Below, piece by piece: positions 1-13,199 of a stretch of 64,000 nt of DNA. A model generated the notes under the pieces. It was not told where the DNA came from and searched no databases. It saw nothing but the letters and a program-made list of their open reading frames with translations. The stretch spans positions 44,082,001-44,146,000 of the forward strand of contig OZ287748.1 in NCBI GenBank assembly GCA_965649765.1, given 5' to 3'. Positions within the stretch are counted from its first letter, which is position 1; each line of letters begins with the position of its first letter. A program made the position numbers and the translations under genes. Source of the stretch: Bispira polyomma. Its lineage: Eukaryota.

Positions 1-709
1 GCTCATGATTTCATAATCAGGACCTCTGCCCGACCGTTCATGATAGTGGAACAGCACCATTAATGTATCATTGTATTCGATTTACTTTATTTTGACCTTC
101 TGTCTATGGTCGTAACACAAGGCCTTTTTTAAACACATAGGAATATCACTATTACCCTAATCAAGGACTTCAATACTACCAAAACCATGACTTGTAGTAC
201 ACGTTCTTTGAACCATTGTTATTACATATACTCACTTGAGTTGTACCGTTATAAACTTTAGGCACACTAAACATAACAGGTTAAACCTGCTGATCCATAT
301 TTTTGTCCTTATTATAACGCACTTGCAGAAAGGGTTCCTTTTCCTAGTTTCCTTGAAACAATAGGTATTGTAATGCTCCAACTTGGTGCCCTTAATAATA
401 TAGTCATTAATTTTTGTTAATTCATTATTGTACATTAAGCAAACTCTGACTTTGGCGTTGGAGCTACTTTTTGGTATACTTAGCACTAACCAATATGTCA
501 TTTCTCCATTTCTTGGAGAACAGCATTAGCTTTCTTGGCTGTATTATAACCAATATCTACTGCATCTTGCATCAAGCTGTCAAAATAATGGAACATGACA
601 TATTTAAGCTCAATGTTAATGCACATCCAATAAGACCTTGTAACCACTGAACAGGTGACATCTCATCACATTGGGCTTTTATTACTATCTGCCACAGTAC
701 AGTTATCAC

Positions 710-1046
710 ATAATAATCATGACAAACCTGTTGTTCCCTCTAAAATGATGAATGTTGAAAGAAATCATAAAATGGAAGACATTGTTGATCCAGAAGTTAC
801 CCATCTTAACTATGTTGAATCATATGCAAAGACAAAAATGGAGATAAATAACAAGGGCAAGCCTTCAGTAAAATTAAACCAGAAAAGCAAAGTGCCAATA
901 TGAGGAAAAATGAAGAAGAATATGATTATGCTGAGATGAGAGTAAGGCAGGACGCAGTAAAGGTGTCTACTGAAGATCAAAAAGACAAAATGGACTCAGA
1001 TATTGACAATGTTGAAAAGATGAAGTCTTAGATTCTGAATATGCTT
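710..1046 (+). pseudogene. Unit 0: decayed fragment of a unit-B-like cytoplasmic-tail exon
   Basis: Encodes DKPVVPSK..HLNYVESYAK..KPSVKLNQ and, after frameshifts, EEYDYAEMRVRQ..STEDQKDK. Colinear with 25207-25555. The 1160-1262 stretch also resembles the B 3' flank at 26690-26805. Confidence 0.9.
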
Positions 1047-1455
1047 TTCAGTTTTCAGTTATTTCAGTATTCTGTAAACATTAAAGCTAATCAATCGTTT
1101 GAATGTGTGAAAAATATTATGTTACATATTTAGCGATGACAAAAATATTACTTATCATTATTAGTACTTTTTCAAGTCAAACTATTTAATGAAACAGCCA
1201 ATACCAATTTTTTAGAAAATTTGAATTAAGGCATATGCTTATCAAATGCATTTCATTTTTTTCTACAGTGACTTCACAGCAATTAATTAAGTTTCAATGG
1301 AAATTGTATGATTTGAGGACTACAATAGTTCAATTGAGAGTAATGTTTTTTGGATTAACCATTTTGAAAAGGCAGTTTTTCAGTTCTGGGGTGGTATTTT
1401 GACACTGAACCCCAATGATTACTTGGCGTGGCCATTTTGACACCAACAAGAATTA

Positions 1456-1740
1456 GCCTATGCTTCCTTTCAGCATATTTTTCTCGACCGACGTCAACAT
1501 ATTTCCCTCAGATCAGATCAGGCATGGGCCGACATCTGTTGCCTTAAAATATTTAATCAGTCAGAGAGCAAAAAAATCGAGAGGTCTGTCTCATTTACGA
1601 ATAAATATTAAGGAAAAAAAATTATTTTATTTTACATAGAAAATATTGGATGAAAGGAAGCACAACATCAGCCCACGTCGGATCGGATCGGACACATACA
1701 AATCGGCCGACATTGGGATGTGCTGAAAGGAAGCCTAAGC
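1456..1740. mobile_element. PIF/Harbinger-type MITE (copy 1)
   Basis: TIR gcct(a)(t/g)gcttcctttcagca...tgctgaaaggaagcctaagc with TTA on both sides (1453-1455, 1741-1743). Second copy at 59364-59714. Confidence 0.85.
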
Positions 1741-2480
1741 TTAATGTTTAAGATTTATTGTTATAAAATCATTATTTTATGCTTGATTTTAAAGTGTATA
1801 CAACACAGGGAATTTAAATGTTGTGTTGCATAATTACAGCTGATTTATCAAACAGATACACAGTAAATTGCTATTAAGATGAATTTAATAAAATTAAAAA
1901 TTTTTAGCTAGTTATTGACAAAAGTTGAACATCGATTTACTTAATAAACCAGCTAAAATTTTTGTTATGTTGAAATCTCTGTGTTGTAAGCTATTAAAAA
2001 TGACACGTTATTTGTTAAAATCAAGCAAGAAAAATGATTTTATTAAATGAATATTAAACTATTATTTTTTTTTGGTGTCAAAATGCCTAAAAAATGTTAA
2101 CTTAACAGTTAACACTAAAAAGGTGCATATATAGATTAATTTATATCAAATTTAAATGCAATGCATTGCTCTACCATGTTGTGAATTATAAGTTTATACA
2201 TGTATAACATTCTTCTCATTATGGCCATCCGAGTTAGAATCACATTTACAAGAAGATTTGTAAAAAACACATTATTTACCAAAGATTACAATAATGAACA
2301 CGTATATGGCCTTTTCTCCCTGTTGTGGTACATGTATAAACACTATAAGCTTTACTCCCTCAAAGAGCTAAATGTCATAATATTGGCGAGGAATGTAGTG
2401 TTGTACCTTGTGATATTTGTGTTTCATATAAACAGTTTCCAATTGAAGAGTAATTAACTCTAACATTTGATGATGATCAC

Positions 2481-2547
2481 ATGAAAAGTATGGATACTGA
2501 TTTATTGACTGCTATTGGTTTATCGGTTTTCTTTCTTCTCTTACCTG
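2481..2547 (+). CDS. Signal-peptide (leader) exon for units A/B: (MKS)MDTDLLTAIGLSVFFLLLP-G, phase-1 donor
   Basis: ATG at 2481 or 2490, hydrophobic run, donor G|gtgagtactttta identical to the unit C leader donor. Phase matches the lectin exons at 8786 and 19448. Confidence 0.8.
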
Positions 2548-4067
2548 GTGAGTACTTTTACTGACATTTATATAACCTTGTAAATAATGTGTAAATACTA
2601 GTACATGTGTCTAGTGGAGTTGCATTAGAACCAAATATACGTACAATGTTTAGAGACTATAACAGGTTTTTCTTCTTTGAAAAGTTTTTAATTTGGCTTT
2701 CATGAAACCCTTAACCCCTTGACAGGCAATTAAAAGTTTCTTAGAGCCTAGATTATCCCATTTCTTTCAACGTTTTTCACCCCTTTTGCCTATAAACATT
2801 TATCAAGTTTTATACAGATAAGTCACTTGCTTAGTTGAGAACAAACATTACACTTAAATTGTTTAAGCTGTTATGAAAAGTACAAATGTTAAATGTACTT
2901 AATAAATTATCAAAAGTTTACCACAAACTATCAAAATCCACATATTAACATGTTCTATGCATATATGTAAAATTGCATGATGTACGATCAGTCAAGTAGT
3001 TGGTTTTCTGGAAAATTGTTCTTGTTTTCCTTCGGTCGGCGCATGTGAAATGGGGTCGGCCATATTATGTGTTATTATAAAAAATATTATGTGCAAGTAT
3101 TAAATTTGTTTTATTCTACTTCATAAAGAGACAAACACTAAAGTTCTTATGCTGACAACCAGTTACTTATCATACATTTCCTATTAGATGTAATTTGTGG
3201 AAGTAAATGTGACCTTGAAACAAATTAAAAGATACGATTTAAAGGTTTATTTTTGTACAAGTTAGTAGATATATACCATGTATACAGTATAAAAAGTAGG
3301 TTAAAACTGTAGAAGTAAAAGTTGATAAATTAAGACACACCAACGTGTATAAAAGTTAACAAGTAATCCCATATAATGCAGACAAATATACACACCGTAT
3401 AAGTACCAGTACAACTAGTATCAATGAGTATCGGGAATAGCCCATATAAATTTAAAATACAGTGTTATTATAGTATTACAAGAGCCATGGTGTTCTGCAT
3501 AATGAACCATGAATTTTTACTTAAAAGGTTCAGTCAGTACAATCACAAATGTTTACATATAAAATATTAAAATGATTAGGGACTTGCTTAAATAAAATAT
3601 ACTTAGGGTTAGGGTCACACCTAGATATGTGTGTAATGCTAGTTATATTTAGTGGTTACATATTTGTTAACCTGTCACCTAAGTGGTATTGAAACACACA
3701 CCACAAGTTAATAGCGTGCCCCATCAAACTGGGTCAGCTCTTTCAATTGAGAACGTCCCCCTAACGCCGACATTGTGATTAACATTCTTCCTAAGTGTGG
3801 ATCCATGAGATGATTTGATCTCTAACCACCTTGTTTGACATTTTAAAGAAAAGAAAAAGAAAGACAACTGGTTACTTATGGTAAACATAACATATGGGGG
3901 TAACAATATAAGAATCTATATGTGTACTGCTAAAATATTTTGCTTTTCAAGATGACGAAATGTCTCCATTTTGGAAAATTACTAAATTTTTACAGCAGTT
4001 TTAAATCAAGGAGTTAACTATCATTGTTTTGAGCAATACTCAAACGTCAAACGTATTCTTAATATAT

Positions 4068-4420
4068 ATGATGCAAGTACAAAACTGGTGATATCCAATA
4101 TAACCACTGAATGTATTTATCAATATGCAAATTGAGCACTAAACTAACTAGCAATAAGACCAACAAGACCACTTAACTAACTAGTGATAAGACCAATATG
4201 AGCACTGAACTAATTATGATGCAAGTTCAAAACTGGTGATATCCAATATAACCACTGAATGTATTTATCCATATGCAATTTGAGCACTAAACTAACTAGC
4301 AATAAGACCAATAAGACCACTAAACTAACTAGTGATAAGACCAATATGAACACTGAACTAATTAGCAATATTTAATATGAACACTGAACTTATTAGCATC
4401 GTCAATATTAACACTGAACT
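4068..4420. repeat. Tandem duplication (~150 bp) with internal ~20-30 bp subrepeats
   Basis: atgatgcaagt..aaaactggtgatatccaatataaccactgaatg occurs at 4068 and 4216; cactaaactaactag(c/t)(a/g)ataagaccaa is repeated. Confidence 0.85.
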
Positions 4421-4859
4421 ACTGTTACTGTTACTGTTGATTATATAATAAGCAGGTCTTTCGGGGGTGCTAAGCCTAGCTTCAACCTGCTTCTGTTCAT
4501 CAATATCCTGGTTATCATACTGTAGGGAACTAAAGTTTTTCATCTGAGATATCTTTCGATATGGTTTATTCTCTTTTTTCCACAAACACTTCAGAGCATT
4601 TCTTTTGTTTCACTGTGACTCTCTACATATGTTATCATTATTGCCTTAAGGGATGTGATTACCGCTCCATTTCTCAGATTGTTTGGTGCTAAAATGTTGC
4701 ACTTGTCCCGTGATCAATACCGTATGACTTTAAAAACACGTCACACCTAGTCAAAGTAAACTAGGGTCCATTGACAGTCTTCTAAAAATGGGTTGCCATA
4801 CCTACTATCTTCATCTTCTACTAATGAATCCGTACTGTTATTCGGATCAGATCTTTAAC

Positions 4860-5830
4860 AACTTCAAAGTCAAAACTCTGTAGCTGCAACACCCATACTT
4901 GCAGTTGGATTTGAGGATTTTCTGAATAGAGTTTCCAGTGGCTGGTGATCAGTTTCCAACTTAAATACTCTCCTATAAAGATTCAGTTTGAATTTTTCAC
5001 AGGCCCAAAGTCAAAAGTCTGTGGCTGCAACACCCATTCTTGCATTTGGATTTGACGATTTCCTGAACAGAGATTCCAGTGGCTGGTGATCAGTTTCCAA
5101 CTCAAATACTCCCCCGTAAAGATACAGTTAGAACTTCTCACAGGCCCACATTAGACCCATTAACGCTGTCTCTCTGTTTGAGAATATTATCTAGCTACTG
5201 TTGTCAGACATCTTTATACAGATGGCACTACTTTCCAACCTCTGCTTCGCTTTTGTATCAATACCACTCCAATTCCAGCTAGTCCTGCATCAGAAACCAC
5301 TCTTGTCAAACAGTCATTTCTAAAATAAGAAAGGGTCTCACTTTGTCTTATTAGCTTTTTTACCTAACTTCTTATTTGTTTGTTGTTGGTGGAATGAAAA
5401 TAAGAAGTTACATTGAATTACTTCACAAACAATTGTATTTTTTTTAAATTTTATATCATTACATATATTTACCTTTATCGGGAAAATGCCAATTAACCTT
5501 CATGAGAGATCAATTACACCTACATTCACTATCCATCATTTCCCTGACTGAAGAGAAAAGCTTGAGGGTGAGTATATGTCATTGGGTTGTTCCAAAGCTC
5601 TTTTGCCTGTCACTGGGGTTATGACCAGTGAACGAGACCTGTGATTTTAAGCAATAATCTGAGCCACTATGTATCTGCCTGCACCACATTGATCCAGACT
5701 GGGATCCAACACAGGTTCTTGCATTCCCAAGCAAGGCCACAATGGTGGATAGATGTGTACATTCTGATAACGCCTCTCTATGCAATTCTATTCAAGACTC
5801 TGCGACACAGGACAAAATCTATTCGTTAAG
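4860..5830 (-). mobile_element. Degenerate Gypsy/Ty3 pol remnant (RNase H plus integrase fragment)
   Basis: Minus-strand pieces resemble YSQTERE, WACEKF and LETDHQPLE (RNase H, locally duplicated ~4870-5130) and an integrase zinc-binding H..GHCG segment (~5700-5790). Many stops. Confidence 0.7.
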
Positions 5831-6689
5831 GTTGAATATTTTGGAATTAATTGATCTATAACTTAATTGATGGGTCTTGAGCTTGAGTGAGTGAGCTTAT
5901 TAGCCTATTTAATTTTTTCCTGCGAACCTGGAAATTATTTTTGGTTTTATGTCAACTTTAACAACTTAGGTTATATCGGAGGAGTTCTAACAACTGCAGC
6001 CCCCCCGGTGGACCTAGAATTTCATTATCTATTGTACTGGTAAAAACCTTAAATAAAAATAAGTTTAAATGGAACAAAGTGAAGAATATAATTCTTAGAA
6101 CTGGATTTCACTTTTATTCTTGTTACCAATATGTAAAAATGTTCAATTTTTAAGCTATTACTTGAGGGGGACAGACAATTATGTGTGTTTGATAGCATCA
6201 TTAAGACGCTGTTAAAACAGTAAACTTAAGAAACCATTCACGCCATTGTCATTTAGTTTTTACAAATGTTTTGTATTGTATACTATTATACTATTATATT
6301 GTTTTTACAGTAAAATCTGTTCAATAAGCTTGATGAAAATAAGGTTGTCATATAAAGAAACTTGGCTGTCTGTGTAATATAAGGCATAGCTTTAAAATAA
6401 ATTCATCTTCATAACTTAGCCTGAGATCATTGCGTGAATCCCAACTAAGACCAAATTAGAGTTAATTTGAATTAAAATCAAAGTTTAAATTTGAAAAATA
6501 AATCTTTAAACTTAAATCCAGATACAAAATTTGATACCTTTAGTGCATCCGGCCTGATATTTGTGTACAAACAAAGATAATAGCCGCTAACCATTTCAAT
6601 GTGTTCAGGGTTAATGCAAAAAGAACATTATAACTCCATTATCAATGATAACTCACACAGTCCTAAAGAGTTGTGGAACTCAATTTAAA

Positions 6690-7060
6690 AATATAGCACC
6701 GTCCATTTGAACAAAATTTGCTTGATAATCCCACTGCCCCACAGTTTAGCAGACAATTTGGAAAATTCTTCATTGATAAAATAAGTAAAATCAAGTAAAT
6801 AATAATACTTTTTAATAATGTGTCAATTTTACCAACCAACCCTGTGTACCACGTCTTTCTAGCCTGTTCCACTTTCCCACAGTTTCTGAAGTGTTTTCTA
6901 ACTATGAGATGTTCTCAAACTCATAAATCTCTTTCATCAAATCCTGAAAACTGGATTCTGTCATTATTTTGACCAAATGCCTGGACATTCTTATCAATCT
7001 TATTACCAGTATTACTTTTTATCACTTTGAAATAGTATATTCCACCCTGTTTTAAATGTT
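6690..7060 (+). mobile_element. CR1/L2 LINE ORF2 remnant
   Basis: Fragments FGKFFIDKISKI, KS*KLD and KCLDILINLITSI match the CR1/L2 linker seen in reverse at 33650-33850. Confidence 0.6.
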
Positions 7061-8019
7061 ACCAACTTATATTTGGTCGTTGTGTGATGACCATATGTAT
7101 TTGTGCAGTTTGGCAGAACCATATATATTAAAACTACTGACTTACAGCAAGTTCATGGTAAACTTTTCCACATGAAGGTAGTGCTCTCATGACTTGGTGT
7201 AACAGAGGCTTTAGTCGGGTCCGATACCATCCAGTCAACTCGACTTGAACTGGAATCATATTTCTAATTAACAAGCTGCATTGGTATCAGAAACGAACAT
7301 TTTGATTGTTGTACACATTAAATTCACATGAAAGTAGCAATAAAGATATATAAACAATATATTACCTTGTCATTATTAACCTTTGTTGTTAAAACAGGCA
7401 GCCATTACACATTTTCTATTGAAGGATCTGATACGGTAAGTATGATGTCATAATTTAAAGGCATAATCTGATTCGCTGACTGTACTAAACATGGAGCATG
7501 AGGTAAATAAAGGTTGATTCCAAGGAAGTTGTTCCTTAATTAAGTAAATATAATGGATTTGGTATTGTGTTTTGGTTTGAAATTGTCAAATTGTTAGTTT
7601 TGAATCGATTGTCAGTAATATTTTGAACTCGAGTTGTAAAATGGTTATGCACCCATAATATTAATATACAGGAAGTTTAAAATAATAATGTGGCACAGAA
7701 AATCAGTGAGGAAGCAAGGGGAATGTTTTGAATTAACCATAGATCTATATTTCTGTGATGGTTTTGGTTTATTATTTTTAACTTTCTAACAGGTAAATTT
7801 TATGAGAAAGAAATTTATTCTATATGAGGTAATGAATTCAATTAGAATGTCATTTACTTCTGAGGGGCTGAAGTTATTAATCACTATTATGATAAAGACA
7901 TAGATAAAAAATTTTGATTTATCAATGATTATGTTACGTATATTAATAGGAGTCTCCAGTCTTGATTGTGTTCTCCAGTAATACATTGATTTATGTAATT
8001 ATTTGAATGACAAATGGGG

Positions 8020-8277
8020 GGGCCGCCGTGGCCTAGTGGTTAGCAAGCATTGAGCTTCACAATCACTGGTCTCTCACTTCTGGGCGGCGTGAGTTCGAAT
8101 CCTGTCGATGCCTATGTGGGAAAGGTGGTAGTTCCTTACTGTGGGCCGCTGGTTTCAGTGCAGAGCCTTGATCAACTGTATGCAGTGTTTCCTCTAGTGT
8201 TTCCAACTACCTGTCCCAATATAACCTAAACAGGTACTAGAGTGGACGTTAAATATCCAAATTAAAAAAAAAATGAA
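8020..8277 (+). mobile_element. tRNA-derived SINE with 15-bp TSD
   Basis: A box TGGCCTAGTGG (8029), B box GTTCGAATCC (8093), A-rich tail. TSD gaatgacaaatgggg at 8005-8019 and 8278-8292. Confidence 0.9.
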
Positions 8278-8785
8278 GAATGACAAATGGGGTTTTTCTT
8301 ATTCTGTATATGTATAATATATGTGTGTTGTATAATAATACTCAAATTTTATTATTGGTAGGTCACATTACATCAGTTGGTGACATGCAAAAGGTTAAAG
8401 CAGAAAACTGATTTACATTTGCTGAAGAAATAATCATGTTTTGTGGAGGGTATTTCGTGTGTAAGTCTATACTTTGTCTGGTGGTTTCATTAGCTAGCCA
8501 TGTTTCTGTAAATTAAGCTATTAAAGTTATGACACTGCTTCAGGTTTTAGGAAAGCCATACTCACATACACACTTGTGATGAGTGCTTTTTACCAAAAAA
8601 CTACAGATCCACCACTGATATCAACATCGTGATCCACATAGATTTAATCATATTTTTATGCTTTTGGTAATGTTAGAACGACACCGACCATTATTTAATA
8701 AACCACAGGGGCAGAGGTGGCGTACAGGTTATAAGTGTTTACTCTTAATTTCTCCTTATTATATGTTATTATGTCTTTGTTTTAG

Positions 8786-9073
8786 GTAACCTAATTAGCA
8801 GTCTTGAGTGGTGTTATCTAGATGATTATGTCAATTTACTTTGTTCTTCTTTATCAATAGAAGTGACATGGGCATTATTTGGCTACACAGACAGTCTTAT
8901 TGAGAGTGAGCTCACTGTGAGGAGTGCACAGAATGTGTTACCTTTGCTACAGACTAAGTGTGATGGGTATTTAGCTTGTAGCATGAAATGGGAGGCTGTA
9001 AACTGTACCATGGTCTCCTGTGATGGTGAGGAATATTCTGTCAACTACATGAACTTTACTTACAAGTGTCGAG
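8786..9073 (+). CDS. Unit A SUEL/Gal_Lectin-like exon (288 nt, phase 1-1)
   Basis: tttag|...CGA G|gtaat. Open frame GNLISSLEWC..IEVTWALFGY..CDGYLAC..NYMNFTYKCR, about 65% aa identical to unit B by hand count. Confidence 0.85.
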
Positions 9074-10415
9074 GTAATATTTTAACATGTGAAATGACAG
9101 AATGTATTTAAAACACAACCTATATGATCTAACCTAAATATAGTGAGTGATAGTGAGGTACTGTTGAAATATTTGTCATATTCAAAATAAGCCCTACTTA
9201 ACCATCTATCATTTTTAAATGATTAATGTACTGCATATAAACAGAGTAACATTTTAATATTTTTTATCATTTAAACACATAAACTTCTGTCAACTATTGC
9301 ATGTTGGTCTTTAAGAGATTTCATGTGTTGTTGTTTTTTCGTTCTACAAATATTCTAAAAGGTTTTTACCAGTTGCATTATATGGAACATGTCGAATTAT
9401 ATTCTATCACCTTATATCATTACCATGAGATGTTACCTACAGTCATTTGTATGCCATTTTGAATAGACACTTGCGACAATATTATAGTCAGCTATTTCAA
9501 TACAAATTACAAATATTATTTCGAATTTATATTTGATTATTTCAGGGACTTCATTATCGACAAGGGGCATTGAAACAAGCGATGGCTGGATTACACCACA
9601 GACAACAGACACCCCTTTAATCACAATCTATGTGATTAAGAATTATTTACATCAAGCAGTGTTTAAACAGTCTTCTACAAAAGCCTTATGTATTACTAAA
9701 TAGCAGCTATGTTTGTATGACTGACTCTCACTAAAGAAAATGTCAAATATTGAAACTCAGTAATACTGCAGCTGTAAGGTATGGATCAGTAATTAATTAT
9801 CTTTAACATTGCATAGCTTCGATTGTTTTGTAATAGAAAAAAACATACATTATACAATAACAACCATGCGATAAAATTGATTAATATTTGAATTATTATT
9901 AAGTATGCCCCTTATACTAATAACCATATGATAAAACTCATCTATACTTGACGTATTATTAATCAACATTTCTGTTTACTTCAGGTCAACAACAGATCCC
10001 AATGACCAGACTGACCTCAGGAACCCCACTAGTACATTGTTATCAACTAGCCTGACAGAGGAGATGGGAAATCTATAACTCCTTCAACATATTCTTCAAA
10101 AACTACTTCCCATGATGTGGTGGAATCGTCATAACAAAACAGCCATGGCTTTAATACAGCTTTAGCTAGTGATGGCTCTCTGTACAGAATGAAATGTCAA
10201 TTTTGTTTTGGTGAAAACGTTGTAAATCATGTTTTAAACTGTCAAAATTACATTGCCAGTACAGCCCATTATTTATATTATTGTACGAGTCAGTATAATT
10301 GCATATGTTGTTACATGACATGGTAACACTGTTCCACTGATCAAATGAAAAACATAAATGAGATTACCTGAATCAGATATTAACTATTAACTTACATATG
10401 GAATATTTATTTCAG

Positions 10416-10503
10416 ATTATACCGCTGTCGCTGGTTTGGGGACTGTGTGTTTTGCTTTGGTTATTACAATAGTTTTGCTATCTGGATTAATCACCTACAA
10501 AAG
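10416..10503 (+). CDS. Unit A transmembrane exon (YTAVAGLGTVCFALVITIVLLSGLITYKR), phase 1-2
   Basis: ttcag| acceptor, hydrophobic run, ends TAC AAA AG|gt as in the unit C TM exon. Confidence 0.8.
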
Positions 10504-10827
10504 GTTTGCATTGTTTAACTTCTTTCACCATTATTTAAAGTATGGTCTGAATTTATCTCTAATACTACATGCTGGTATAGTGTATGCTGTGTCGTAAGCT
10601 TAAAAGTGACAACATTCGAATTTAACTTGACTAATAAGCTAGTCTCTGGCCTCAGATATGTAGTTAATGATTGGAATATATAATACCGTCACAAATTATT
10701 CATTTTAATTTACTATTGGTTTAAAACAATAGAACAGCACATGCAGAAAAATTATCAAAGTCTGAACAACTGAGATATAGAAAGGCAATTGTCACTCTTA
10801 CAATAGGACTACATGTTTCTTGTTATT

Positions 10828-11330
10828 ATGAAAATAATAAGTTGGATTACTTAACACACAATTGTTTTTAAATTTTATATCACCTTTATCTTTATTTACC
10901 TTTATCTGGCAAGTGCTAATTAACATTTATGACTGACCAATTACAGCCAAACACATTCACTAACCATTATTTTCCTAATTGAACAGAAAAGCTTGAGGAT
11001 AAATATGTTTCATTGTCCCATGGCTCTTTAGATTGTCACTTAGGATAAGACCAGTAACAAAGGACAATTGAACAATTTGATTCATAATTGGTCCCAACTA
11101 TGTATCTGCCTGTATATCTGGTCGATTCCACCCATTCTGTGCAATCCTAATACATAATTTGCAATCTGGGTATGAAATTTTGTACAGTCTCTGATGATAT
11201 TACATTTTAAATTCATGTGTGTGGTCTGTCGGATATCGATACCTCTGTCTTAAATACAAGGCCACAATGGCAGGCAGATGTATATTGTCTGATATTGTAT
11301 CTATGTGTAATGCTATTAAAATGTTGTCTT
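10828..11330 (-). mobile_element. Gypsy integrase remnant, paralogous to 5395-5790
   Basis: Shared blocks atgaaaataa, ttaaattttatatca, agaaaagcttgagg, actatgtatctgcctg and caaggccacaatgg in the same order. Confidence 0.7.
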
Positions 11331-13199
11331 TGTGATTGCAGTTACATTTACTGATTCTCATAAAGCTGCAACTTTCTCATTTGATATGTCAGTAATATAT
11401 GTCGCTCCTGCTACTATCACATTCTGCTATTATTATGGGTAATTCCCATGGGAGTAGCTGCCTCGACTACTGCAATTACCCTTTGTTTGGGTAAATCCCT
11501 CATTAAAAGTCGTAGTTCATTCAAAAGTATACATGTAGGGTAATTTTTCGCCTGGCTATTCACACAAATGTTACTCCATACCACAGCAAATTGCATTGGA
11601 CAAACAGAAAATGTATTGATTATTTGTTGGAGTTACACAAGAACTACTTGTGATACTTAAACCTCTCTGACAAATACATAAAGAAAGGTTAATAGAGAAG
11701 TTATATACGAACTACTTGTAAATCAAACATCCAGTCATGCTACCTGGGTGACACTTGAACCTATGTGAGAAATACACAGAGGAAGGTAAATAGTACAGAG
11801 TAAACATATGTAGATCTTTTGACATGCAAGAGTACCACATCTCCATACTCTCATTCGGTGTATGGGAATTTTCATGCAAACATCTTATGTAATAGCGAGG
11901 ATTTAACTTGGTAAAAGAGATATGTGTGGATTCTAATTATGGCAAAATGCCTTTGTTTTATTATTTGTATTTTCTTAATGGGTAAGTATTGAGTAAAAAT
12001 TTGAATACACCACAGATGTAAAATTAGAACTATTAGAAATATTCTTTATCCTTTGTGGATTGTACACAGTTCAATATACATATGTCATGTTGTCCTTCAA
12101 ACTTGTACCTGTAAATTTCCAACAAATTATGACAATTACTTGACACAAAGAAATTTGTACTCTCTGTCAGTATTTAATGTTTAAAAACATTATATTTGGA
12201 CAATATTGTTTGTTCTAGTACTTTATCTAATGAAGCGCCCCAACAGGGTGTCCAGACACTGTCTTTTATCTAGTTCAAAGGTATATTATATCCAAAATGT
12301 AGTCTTAGATAAGCCCTTTTATAATTATGTCCATTGGGCCAAGACTAAAACGAAGGACTTTGTTTTCGCTTAAGATATCATTATAAAAGGCTTGGAGCTT
12401 AAATTAAGTGGCTTTTTAAACATAAAGGTTTATCCAAGTGTTTATAATTGATACTATTTATTTACTTTTTTTAGTGTAACACAATTTAAATTCCAACATG
12501 GGGACATTGCTTTCTACCACGTTTTTTGTAACACTGTAGCATGTAGTGTGCAATGATATTAATACATTTGATAACAAGACACTGAAGCCTCGCATAAGGA
12601 TATTGCTCTGTACCAGGGTTTGGTTTAGTTTCTTAGGAACAATTAGCGCTTGCAAAAAGAGGGGATTCCCCTAGATAAATATATAGTCCCCAAATATTGG
12701 GAAGTAAATTCTAAAGTTTAAAAGGTCATATCTTGGAAAAGTTGATTTTTCCAAATCGTGATGGATTTTATTGTGATGTTGAAGACAACAGTAAAACATT
12801 TCAATTGAGTATTTATTTTTTACATGTTAGCATATGTTTGTTTGACAATTGACATTAACATACTATAAAATTGCTGAAAATTTTTAAGATGAATAAAATT
12901 TGAATGCCCCAAGCCAAACTAAAAATCGGAAGGGATGGCAGAAGCAAAAGTAGGAGACAGCCTGGGAAGTTTTTTGCAGGTAAAACTACACTGCTGATGA
13001 CATCCAAAGGCCATGTGACATAATTTTTTGGATAGATACATTGTTATTGAATGCAAAAGTGGCTTCCGACCTTCTTTGGGAGCTATGTGAACTGTATTGT
13101 CCAATACGTGTAAGAATTTTTTAAAAGGCTGCTCTGACATGAGAGTCCACTATTGTATAATGTGGCTTACTTATAGTTGCAAAAAGAGGGTCCCCACTC

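Larger units (their letters stand above)
8786..10503 (+). pseudogene. Unit A: lectin / linker / stalk / TM cassette with damaged linker and stalk exons and no evident tail exon
   Basis: Exons 8786-9073 (open), 9546- (donor deleted, read-through stop 9701-9703), 9985-~10147 (stop 10076-10078, all three frames closed), 10416-10503 (open TM). Confidence 0.75.

Noticed and set aside
7398-7435. Possible micro-exon ending acg|gtaagt in intron 1
   Set aside because: None of the three nearby acceptors preserves the phase 1-1 needed between the leader and lectin exons.
8020-8105. tRNA gene
   Set aside because: A and B boxes are present, but it continues into a SINE body with an A-tail and 15-bp TSD. 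The same applies to the other tRNA-like heads.
8890-8930. Loss of Cys3 and Cys4 in unit A as a concerted disulfide loss
   Set aside because: In SUEL domains Cys3 pairs with Cys1 and Cys4 with Cys7, so this leaves unpaired partners and is not a clean pair.
10730-10870. Possible unit A tail exon (open frame containing YYEN)
   Set aside because: Weak acceptor, no homology to the other tails, and the YEN comes from the edge of the Gypsy remnant.
11760-13150. Possible further LINE remnant on the minus strand
   Set aside because: No diagnostic motif that I could read with confidence.
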